A DNA stretch of 46,636 bases, from positions 1-46,636 of the forward strand of contig JBBCAX010000302.1 of assembly GCA_051382335.1 (NCBI GenBank). Direction: 5' to 3'. A program made the translations under genes and the position numbers. Origin of the DNA: Deltaproteobacteria bacterium TL4 (GTDB lineage: Bacteria; SAR324; NAC60-12). Below, one piece after another: positions 7,401-15,862 of this stretch (position 1 is the stretch's first letter; each line of letters opens with the position of its first letter). A model generated the notes under the pieces. It made no database searches. It was not told where the DNA came from and worked only from the letters and a program-made list of their open reading frames with translations.

Positions 7401-8051
7401 ATGTTAATTTCTCATAAGTATAAAGTCATATTTGTTCATATTCAAAGAACCGGGGGCAACTCTATTCAAAAGGCGTTCCGGGAATTTGATCCGAATTTGC
7501 TAGAATCCATATCAACGGCGTCTTCAAAAAAACTAATCAGGCATAGTTCAATTTTAGATATTAAAGCGGCCCTTGATGATGAAATTTTCAAAAACTACAC
7601 AAAATTCTGTGTGGTTAGAAATCCCTACGACAGAATATTATCTTGGTATTTTATGTTCAAGGATGGCTATGGAAAAGATGGAATTATTATGCCAGACAAA
7701 GTGGTCGGAGATCAGGTGGCGAATGAGGTCAATAAAATCGCGAAAAATTTTGATGAGTTTGTGAACCTGCCCGAAAATCATGCAAGTGGGTTCTTTAAAA
7801 GATTTTATACTAACCAACTGGATTATATTTCAGACTCAAAACTCATCCTTGTGGATAGAGTCCTTAAATTTGAAAATCTAACCCATGATTTTGATGATTT
7901 AGCGAAGGCCATTGGTTTCGAAGGCTCACTTTCTCATATTAATAGAACGACTAGTAGAGACAATTATCGAAAGTACTACAATGATTTCACCAAATCATTG
8001 ATCTTTAAACGTTTTCATAAAGATTTTGAATACTTTGGGTATGTATTCTAA
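7401..8051 (+). CDS. Sulfotransferase family 2 protein
   Basis: IFVHIQRTGGNSI (5'-PSB-like), FCVVRNPYDRILSWY (3'-PB), LKFENL, DFEYFGY. Confidence 0.85.
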   Translation: MLISHKYKVIFVHIQRTGGNSIQKAFREFDPNLLESISTASSKKLIRHSSILDIKAALDDEIFKNYTKFCVVRNPYDRILSWYFMFKDGYGKDGIIMPDKVVGDQVANEVNKIAKNFDEFVNLPENHASGFFKRFYTNQLDYISDSKLILVDRVLKFENLTHDFDDLAKAIGFEGSLSHINRTTSRDNYRKYYNDFTKSLIFKRFHKDFEYFGYVF

Positions 8052-8321
8052 GGAGCTCATGAGTTATAGACGTTCCTTAGAGAGTTCTTGTCTTTTACAG
8101 GATACTCTTATTTCGTCATCCTTTGCCAGGAGTATATTCAAAAATCAGGTGATCCTGGATGATTGGGATGTCCTGATAGGTGTGACATAACAACAACATC
8201 CTTGATTTTGGCGTTCCCTCAAATTTGGGCTGCAAATGTCAAAGTTTATCCGATAAAAGGTTGAATATGATTTCAAACCTATTATTTCCCAATATCATCA
8301 TCATAAAATGAAAGGTAATTT

Positions 8322-9365
8322 ATGCCTCAAAATGATCTGCCTAAAATAGAACAGCTTAAATGGGGATTCGTTGGATTTCAGATCCTGGCAACCTGTACTG
8401 AATTGGATTTGTTCCCTTTTATTGATCAGGCCAAAAGCAAATCGAGAACTTTTACTGAGATACAGGAATACTTAAAATTTCCCGATCATTCGGTGCGCAT
8501 CTTATTGTTTAGTTGCTGTGCTAATAATTTATTAATAAGAAACACCGATAGCAGTTATTCCAACAGCAAGGCGATTCCCCAGGGCATCGAATATGAAGGC
8601 CTGAAATTGCAGGCTGAATTTGCCAAAAAAATAATTTATCCCGCATTTACCTATTTAACAGAAAGTCTTAAAACCGGTAGGAATGCAGGGCTCAAGACCC
8701 TTGTCGGGGAAGGGGAGACTTTATATGAAAGATTGAGTCTCTATCCTGAATTAGAAGCTCTTTTTCAAAAACGGAGAACCCAAAAGGCAGAGGCAAATCA
8801 GTTGCCATTTTTAGCAAAAGTGCTGGGAGACCATGGTAAAAATATCACCCACCTGCTGGATGTCGGGGGTGGAATGGCCGATACCCTCATTTTTTTATGC
8901 GGGCAATACCCCCTACTTAAAGCCACGGTCTTTGATTTGCCGACAGTATGCGCAAAGGCAAAAATGAACATTCAGGACAAAGGTTTTTCCGGTCGAATCG
9001 AGGTCATCTCCGGAGATATGTTTACCGATGCTTATCCCTCCCATATTGACGGTATTTTATATGCGGCTTTATTGACTATTTTTTCGGAAGATAAAATTTT
9101 ACGTTTACTTCATAAAGCCTATGAAGCCTTAAGGCCTGGTGGAAAACTTTTGATTCATACGATAACCAGCAATGCGGAAGAAACAATGCCTCTTTCTGCG
9201 GCATCGATGTCGCTATATTTTTCGGTTTTGGCCAGCGGCCAGGGAATGGCATATCCTGTAACCGATTATCAGAGATGGCTAACCAAGACCGGCTTTACTA
9301 AAATCGAAGTCATCAATGAATCTGTCCGCCCTTTTGTCGCGGTCATCGTTGCTACAAAGAATTAA
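8322..9365 (+). CDS. SAM-dependent O-methyltransferase (Methyltransf_2 with dimerisation domain)
   Basis: LLDVGGG, VFDLP, GDMF, ALRPGGKLLI. Confidence 0.85.
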   Translation: MPQNDLPKIEQLKWGFVGFQILATCTELDLFPFIDQAKSKSRTFTEIQEYLKFPDHSVRILLFSCCANNLLIRNTDSSYSNSKAIPQGIEYEGLKLQAEFAKKIIYPAFTYLTESLKTGRNAGLKTLVGEGETLYERLSLYPELEALFQKRRTQKAEANQLPFLAKVLGDHGKNITHLLDVGGGMADTLIFLCGQYPLLKATVFDLPTVCAKAKMNIQDKGFSGRIEVISGDMFTDAYPSHIDGILYAALLTIFSEDKILRLLHKAYEALRPGGKLLIHTITSNAEETMPLSAASMSLYFSVLASGQGMAYPVTDYQRWLTKTGFTKIEVINESVRPFVAVIVATKN

Positions 9366-9690
9366 GATAGTGGTCTGGATAAGTTTTTAAATGAACGTCT
9401 ATAGCTTATTTATTCAAAAAAAACATTCAGAATCACAGAAAAAAACTGTTTGACATTTATGAATGATGGCTATACTTGAAGGAAGTAGAATCATCTGCTT
9501 TTTATGCCCTTGATGAAATGACCGCGAAACAAGGATATCAAATATCGTGGACTACTCTATCATCCAGTGCTTCAACCCATTGAGAGATGCCGGGAGGAGG
9601 GGCTGGAGTTTCAGACAAATTTCATAAAAATACTCAGTCATATGTCAACATCTTTAGGAAACTATTATAATAGAGACAGAGAGGAAATCT

Positions 9691-11445
9691 ATGGATGAAT
9701 TAATGATGAAAAACGTTACCAAAAAACTATTAGCAGTATTGGCGACATCAACTCTTGTTGCCTGTACGACTGCTTCTAAAACTGTGCTTGACTCAGGTGA
9801 AACAGTCCAAATATCAAAGGTCAAGAAGCCTAATTTTATCACTATCATAATTGATGACATGGGGTTTTCTGATATGTATAATTTTGGGAGCGAAATTTTA
9901 ACGCCTAACCTTGACGCAATTGCGGCACAAGGTACGATGCTCACCAATTTCTATGCGGCTCCCACCTCAACGCCATCCCGTGCCTTATTTTTTACTGGCA
10001 AGGATAATCATCAAGTCGGTGTGGGAAATATGGCCGGTTATATGAAAAGTCGCCCAATGCAGAAAGGTCAGCCCAATTATGACGGTTATTTGAATAAAAA
10101 CGCACTACCCTTTCCTGAAGTGCTTCAGAGTAATGGCTACCACACCATAATGACCGGCAAATGGGATTTGGGAGAAGGAGAAGGCCTTTATGCCCATGAC
10201 AGGGGTTTTGATCAGACCGATGGCTTACTCATCTTAGGAGGAGATACCCATTTTCTCTCCAATGATCAGGGTGAAAATATTACGACTCATCCGCCTGCTG
10301 TTTATAAGCGCCTGAAACGTGACACCATTTATAATAAAAGTGGAAAAGAAATTCCTAAAGGGGGCTTTCCTCCCAACGCTTTTTCCACCACCTATTATAC
10401 GGATAAGGCGATTGAGATGTTAGCCAATCGGGATAAGAGCAAACCATTCTATCTGAATATTGCGCACATTGCTCCTCATTTTCCATTGCAGGCACCCTCA
10501 GATATGATAGCGCCGTATCTGCCGATCTACGAGAAAGGCTGGGATGTTATTCGAGCACAACGGTTTGAAAATCTGAAGGCCAAAGGTATGGTTCCTAAAG
10601 ATGCCATATTGCCTCCTCGATGGAAAGGTGTGACGGCCTGGGATGATTTGGCTGATGAACAAAAAAAGGTTGAAGCTAAAAAGATGGCGATTTATGCGGG
10701 CCTGATCGGAATGTTGGATAAAGATATCGGGCGTTTGCTTCAACACCTCAAAGATATCGGTGAATATGAAAACACCGTGTTTTTGATCGCCTCTGATAAT
10801 GGTGCGGCTTATATGTTATCAGGAACACCAGATACCGTGAAATTTCGTACAACCCATTTTACCGGTGACGAAAACTACGATAATATGGGATCGGGCAGCT
10901 CCTATATCGGTTATGGGTTAGGATGGTCGCAGGTCGCCAATACACCGTTTAATAACCATAAAGGGTCAACTTTTGACGGTGGCATCCGTACCCCGGCTAT
11001 TATCCACTATCCCAAAGCAACTAATAAAGGCAATAAAGATAACTGCATCCGTTCGATTATGGATATAGCACCAACTATTTTAGATATGTCGGACATTGAC
11101 TATCCTGATACCTATAACGGAAATCCTAATCCTCCGATGTTGGGTGTTTCAATGGCCGGTATCTTTGATGGTTCATCAACCTGTGATCCCGATCGTCAAC
11201 TCTTCTGGGAATTGGATGGTGTTAAAGGTGTGCGCAAAGGTGATTGGACGCTCTCTCAGGAAAGAGGAGTTGAACACTTTTATCTTTATAATTTGAAGGA
11301 TGATCCGTTTGAACTGAATGATCTTTCCAACTCTATGGACTCGGATGTTGTTGCTAAATACGCTGAGTTGAAAAAACTTTATGCTCAGTATGCAACTGAT
11401 ATGAAGGTTGTTCCCGTGCCGAACGACGCGCTTTTTGGTGACTAA
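9691..11445 (+). CDS. Arylsulfatase, Ser-type, probable lipoprotein
   Basis: KPNFITIIIDDMGFSD, SxPxR signature (TSTPSRALFFTG), GKWDLG, APHFPLQ and SDNG motifs; LVAC lipobox. Confidence 0.9.
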   Translation: MDELMMKNVTKKLLAVLATSTLVACTTASKTVLDSGETVQISKVKKPNFITIIIDDMGFSDMYNFGSEILTPNLDAIAAQGTMLTNFYAAPTSTPSRALFFTGKDNHQVGVGNMAGYMKSRPMQKGQPNYDGYLNKNALPFPEVLQSNGYHTIMTGKWDLGEGEGLYAHDRGFDQTDGLLILGGDTHFLSNDQGENITTHPPAVYKRLKRDTIYNKSGKEIPKGGFPPNAFSTTYYTDKAIEMLANRDKSKPFYLNIAHIAPHFPLQAPSDMIAPYLPIYEKGWDVIRAQRFENLKAKGMVPKDAILPPRWKGVTAWDDLADEQKKVEAKKMAIYAGLIGMLDKDIGRLLQHLKDIGEYENTVFLIASDNGAAYMLSGTPDTVKFRTTHFTGDENYDNMGSGSSYIGYGLGWSQVANTPFNNHKGSTFDGGIRTPAIIHYPKATNKGNKDNCIRSIMDIAPTILDMSDIDYPDTYNGNPNPPMLGVSMAGIFDGSSTCDPDRQLFWELDGVKGVRKGDWTLSQERGVEHFYLYNLKDDPFELNDLSNSMDSDVVAKYAELKKLYAQYATDMKVVPVPNDALFGD

Positions 11446-11464
11446 GGTTACCATCCTGATATGA

Positions 11465-11500
11465 ATCCATAGGGTTCTCCGCAAGGAAACCCCTATGGAT
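11465..11500 (+). terminator. Stem-loop after the sulfatase gene
   Basis: ATCCATAGGG...CCCTATGGAT followed closely by TTTTT. Confidence 0.55.
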
Positions 11501-11652
11501 ACCCTTTTTCTAGTATTTGATACGATCATAGCTATGCGAATTTATGAAGAAGGGATGTCTTATTGATGAACTGAATGATAACAACAGGAAGATGCGGCTT
11601 CAAATTCACGACAGAAAGTCAAAATTTTAACTTTTAAAATAAGGAACTTAAA

Positions 11653-12300
11653 ATGAAACTATTAAAATGCTTAATAATCACAATCGTTGTTATTGGGGTT
11701 GTTGCAGCGTGTTCATCATCACAAAAGCCCTACGTTTTTTCAGTAAAAAATGAACCAGCTAGCTATACCTCCAGTGATCCGTTACTGGAACAAAATAAAG
11801 AAATTGCATTAGAGGTTTCCAAATCCATCATGAATGGCGACTGGGATAAACTGGATTCATTTTTAGCCACAGAATTTGTTTATGATGGCGATCGTCTGCA
11901 TCTGAATAAGGATGAATACATGGGGTCTATGCAAGATCTTTATCTTGCGATGCGTGATATGAAAATGGAATTTTTGCAAGTATACGCAGAAGGCGAATTT
12001 GTAACGGTTCGCTTTGAGAATTCTATGAAGAATTTAGGGAGTTTCATGGGAGGACCTGCAACAGGAAAAACTTTAGTTGCAGAAGGTATTTTTATTCGTC
12101 AAATACGTAACGGAAAAGTGATCAAAGAAAACCAAACCACGGATATTTTAGGACTGATGACTCAAATGGGTTCTGGTGCTCTGTTTGGCTATTCAACGGC
12201 TGTAGGGTTACTCGACATTGCGCAAGATAGGCCTGTTCGTAAAACCACTGAGGAAATGAAAAAACTGGATGCCGAAATAAGAAAAGAAGAATCTGAGTAA
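11653..12300 (+). CDS. SnoaL-like ester cyclase / NTF2-fold lipoprotein
   Basis: VAAC lipobox; AEGEFVTVR, GSFMGGPATGK, IRNGKVIKE...DILGLMTQMG. Confidence 0.8.
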   Translation: MKLLKCLIITIVVIGVVAACSSSQKPYVFSVKNEPASYTSSDPLLEQNKEIALEVSKSIMNGDWDKLDSFLATEFVYDGDRLHLNKDEYMGSMQDLYLAMRDMKMEFLQVYAEGEFVTVRFENSMKNLGSFMGGPATGKTLVAEGIFIRQIRNGKVIKENQTTDILGLMTQMGSGALFGYSTAVGLLDIAQDRPVRKTTEEMKKLDAEIRKEESE

Positions 12301-12551
12301 CAAAAACTCTAAACGGGTGTTTAGAGGCAATTGGGATGAACACACTTAATGAATCCTTCCTGGTCGCTTTAGCGGCCAGGCTCTCTGTCTATATCCCATT
12401 CGGGGTTTTTCATACAATCACCATACAATATAACATCTACCACTTGAGCGGTCTGACAAACGCTTACGCAATTTGCCTCTTTGTATCATCCAACATTATC
12501 AATAATTATATCCCAAATCCTGACAAATTTTGACTTCCCACGAAATTAGCT

Positions 12552-12672
12552 CTAGGAGTTTGGCTGACTTATTCAGAAACACTTGATATGATTGACTTTA
12601 TTTTAATGACCAATATTATTGTTTTTCTTTTATATCAGTGACTTATCCTTGACAAGTCAGACAGACACCTAG
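12552..12672. mobile_element. MITE-like element with imperfect TIRs bounded by CTAG
   Basis: CTAG-GAGTTTGGCTGACTT ... AAGTCAGACAGACAC-CTAG (12/15 match inside the CTAG ends); AT-rich non-coding interior. Confidence 0.55.
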
Positions 12673-12821
12673 CATTTTTTTAGTTAGTTTTGCGATAAAC
12701 TCCATGAAGAGGAACTTAAGCATAGGCACGCATAATTCCTTGTAGGCAACCCCCAGCCAACCTGATTGAAGTTGACTGCGAGGATAGTGGCAATCAACTC
12801 CTCTCGAACAGATCAAGGACT

Positions 12822-13973
12822 CTAATAGAATATTTTTATACCGCCACCTATCATTCTTGATATTCGATCTTCATCAGTGGGGAGGGTCGAAGTTTGGTTT
12901 GTGTAAAAAAATTGGGATTGCAGCCCTTTTTCTATATCATAGTTATAAAGAAGATTTGAATATAGATCTTTTGTTTCGGCACCTGCATCATCTGTAATAA
13001 CACTGGCACCCGTTATGACCACACTACCATTCTGGCCCACACCTATCGTTACCTGAAATGCTGTATCAGCGACGTCAAAGCTTGTCGTGCCATCTTCGTC
13101 GTAGTCTAGTGTTCTGCTTGAGTAGTCAACAGAGAAAGAGTTACGTTCAGATAAATGATATTTTATGCCAGCATGGTTATTAGAGCGAGCCAGTTTCTGC
13201 TGATCACCTGGAATGTCTGGGTTATCCACATAATTCTCATATTTTCCTTCTCCTTGTATGAGGCTCAATCTAAACTCCGTCGAGCCAATTCGGCCCATCG
13301 ACCCCAGTTGCAGCGACGTTCCAGTATTCAAACCAATGGTATCCCCATCAAAAACTGTACCGCATATTTCAATATCTTTAACTATTCGGTAGCGCAACGA
13401 AACCCCAACATTTTTGGCTCTGCCAGTGTTGGTCCCATATTTACCGAATTGCGTTTCACCGGCTATACCACCGGCTCCTCTGGCAAAATTATATCCCTCT
13501 TCAGGAGCTTGCTTTCCTAAAATAAGAGTAGTCTTATCAAGCTTGGTGATAGTGGTAATTTGATCAATCCAAAAGTCATGGTGGTCCCCTTTATCCGTTC
13601 TTCCCCCCTGACCAAAAGCATTATACGTATTGGCATAGATTGATACAAATCCAATTGTATTGCCACGTTTTACAGTGGGTTTAAAGTAAACTTCGTTAAT
13701 TGCGACAACGTGATCCTCCTGTTGTCCTGATATGATTTGTCCTGATGCATCCGTTGCAGGAAGTGCCCTGGGATTAGCTGAATTATAAGTTGCGGCATCC
13801 CCATACTTACCGATCCCTATATAGGTGGCAACTACACCTTTAACATAAAAGTTACCTATCGGTTTTTCCATTACCTTTTCCGACTCCTTTTCCGACTCTG
13901 CCATAGCACAAGGTACGACAAGGGCGACAAAAATCGCGACCATTAACAATTTTTCTAGTTTTCTTCTTACCAT
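12822..13973 (-). CDS. Porin-like outer-membrane beta-barrel protein
   Basis: Signal peptide (...VVPCAMA), alternating beta-strand pattern, C-terminal IKIFY; GAGG RBS before ATG 13973. Confidence 0.6.
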   Translation of the reverse strand: MVRRKLEKLLMVAIFVALVVPCAMAESEKESEKVMEKPIGNFYVKGVVATYIGIGKYGDAATYNSANPRALPATDASGQIISGQQEDHVVAINEVYFKPTVKRGNTIGFVSIYANTYNAFGQGGRTDKGDHHDFWIDQITTITKLDKTTLILGKQAPEEGYNFARGAGGIAGETQFGKYGTNTGRAKNVGVSLRYRIVKDIEICGTVFDGDTIGLNTGTSLQLGSMGRIGSTEFRLSLIQGEGKYENYVDNPDIPGDQQKLARSNNHAGIKYHLSERNSFSVDYSSRTLDYDEDGTTSFDVADTAFQVTIGVGQNGSVVITGASVITDDAGAETKDLYSNLLYNYDIEKGLQSQFFYTNQTSTLPTDEDRISRMIGGGIKIFY

Positions 13974-14260
13974 TTTGATTCCTCGAGTTTGAATTAGCGA
14001 AAACACCCGACAACGTATGAGCTACATTGCCAAAGCCTATAGACATATGATAGGTATGTCTCCTATAATATAATAAAAATCAAGTCCTTAAAATATTATT
14101 TTTTCTGAATTACTATCTCCGATTGTATTCGCTCTATTTGTCGTTCGCCAAGAGTTTTCTGGCAAAAAATTATAACAAAGCTGACGTAATATGATGAGGA
14201 AACTGGACTTTTTGGCATCAGTCGTCATGCAATGTCGACCGTTATATAATGGAGAAGCTA

Positions 14261-14400
14261 GTCGCTGTCACGAAATAGCATTTAGGTGTTAGCTTTTAGG
14301 TTTTATGGAAAAAAACTTCAGAAAAAGCCATTGAATATCAGCAACTTTGTGAATCTAACACCTAATTACTAAACTCTAATACCTATTTCGTGACAGCGAC
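14261..14400. mobile_element. 140-bp MITE with perfect 18-bp TIRs
   Basis: GTCGCTGTCACGAAATAG (14261-14278) / CTATTTCGTGACAGCGAC (14383-14400); inner TTAGGTGTTAG/CTAACACCTAA inverted repeat. Confidence 0.7.
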
Positions 14401-14487
14401 ATTTGGAACCTGAAATTCTACATTTAGAGTTAAATGGGGCCCACTACAGCGAGACAATTCTCAGTCCGTTTTAAGCCGCTACCCTGT

Positions 14488-15531
14488 TTAATGGGGTTGC
14501 TTTAAAGACACCCCTTCCATTACAGTCAGTCCCGATGCGGTGGGAACGATTTGCGTCAATTTGAAACTAGCGGCTTCAAACAGCTTGCGAAACTCGTCTT
14601 CGGTACGCGTCCGTCCGCCATTCGTAGCTAACATCTTCATATCTCCAACCAGCTCCCTCCACGAGGAGTTGAGCGGATCAAGAATTTTTTCAATGAGTAA
14701 CAAGCGTTTTCCTTCTGTCATGGCCTGATGGCAATTTTGTAGAATTTTTAAAGCTTTTTCATCATCCCAGTTATGAACAACATTCTTAAGTAAATAAGCA
14801 TCACCTCCAGTAGGTACAGACTCAAAAAAATCTCCAGCAACACGTTCACACCGATCTATAACGCCTTCGGTTTTAAGCAGATCATGTGATTTATCAATGG
14901 TTTCTGCGCGATCAAAAAGGACACCTGTCACAGTTGGATATTGCTTCAAAATGGCGGCTAAGAGCCCCCCCTGTCCACCGCTGATATCAATTACTCTGCC
15001 TAGAGAAGAAAAATCATAAGCAGTCGGAATAGCTACATTCTGCATCCTTGACAGATTTGTCATCGCTCTATCAAAGAGTTCACCAACTGCTGGATTTTGT
15101 TCGAGATACTGATAATATTCCATACCATACACACTTTCAAAGGCATTCTTACCTGTGTAGACACTATGTATTAAGTTCTCCCAACAGGCATAAGATTCTG
15201 ATCCTCCTGTTAAGATAATAAAATCCCGCACAGAACTGGGATGATTTTCCTGTAAACAAACTGATAACGGGGTGAGTTGAAAATATTTTGCTTGGACTTC
15301 AGCAAAAATGCCTCTGCTCGCCAAAGTCCGTAAAAGTCGATAAAGCGAATCACTATGAGTATGCGTTGCATTTGCCAACTCATCAGTGTGTTTTTGACCC
15401 TCTTTAAGTAGATCAGCAATGCCTAATTTGGCTGCGACAAAAATACATCGTGCAAAGCCAATATGTGCCGTTGCCATTTCCAAGATAGTTTCCCGAGGGG
15501 AAACCTGATCAAAATGTTTAGGTAACGTCAT
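14488..15531 (-). CDS. O-methyltransferase (family 2), downstream of the PKS
   Basis: AAKLGIADLL, LYRLLRTLAS, DISGGQG, GDFF, LKNVVHNWDD, GGRTRT. Confidence 0.9.
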   Translation of the reverse strand: MTLPKHFDQVSPRETILEMATAHIGFARCIFVAAKLGIADLLKEGQKHTDELANATHTHSDSLYRLLRTLASRGIFAEVQAKYFQLTPLSVCLQENHPSSVRDFIILTGGSESYACWENLIHSVYTGKNAFESVYGMEYYQYLEQNPAVGELFDRAMTNLSRMQNVAIPTAYDFSSLGRVIDISGGQGGLLAAILKQYPTVTGVLFDRAETIDKSHDLLKTEGVIDRCERVAGDFFESVPTGGDAYLLKNVVHNWDDEKALKILQNCHQAMTEGKRLLLIEKILDPLNSSWRELVGDMKMLATNGGRTRTEDEFRKLFEAASFKLTQIVPTASGLTVMEGVSLKQPH

Positions 15532-15583
15532 AGAACGTGAACTCCATTTTAAGTTAACTGTTTTCCAGGCGTGTTGAATCCCA

Positions 15584-15731
15584 GGCTACGCACTTAAGGT
15601 GGGACAACATTTTATGTAGGGTGTGTTAGCCGCAAGGCGTAACGCACCAATAAACATAGCATTGTTCTGGTGCGTTACGTTCGCAAGCTCACTAACACAC
15701 CCTACATTTGTCCCGGCTTAAGCAGGTAGCC
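15584..15731. mobile_element. 148-bp MITE with 8-bp TSD containing an inverted REP doublet
   Basis: TSD GAATCCCA at 15576-15583 and 15732-15739; TIRs GGCTAC...CTTAAG..GGGACAA (19/24); internal GTAGGGTGTGTTAG...CTAACACACCCTAC (15616-15705). Confidence 0.8.
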
Positions 15732-15862
15732 GAATCCCAAAACTGAAACTTTGAACATTTTTTATACAACCTCTCCAAATGATTGAAAATTTATCGGCGT
15801 TGGAAAGCTGGTCCGCTGTTGGTGGGCAGTGCCCGCCCTTTCTAATTTAATGATCTGAAAGC

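Noticed and set aside
9367..9380. 14-bp match ATAGTGGTCTGGAT to ~34490 in the nitroreductase gene
   Set aside because: A few exact 14-mers are expected by chance in 46 kb, and the match does not extend.
9450..9476. Sigma70 promoter TTGACA...TATACT upstream of the sulfatase
   Set aside because: The spacer is only 15 bp; not supportable without transcript data.
12336..12533. 65-aa ORF and many short antisense ORFs in the track
   Set aside because: No recognisable motifs; most are shadows of longer genes on the opposite strand or in another frame.
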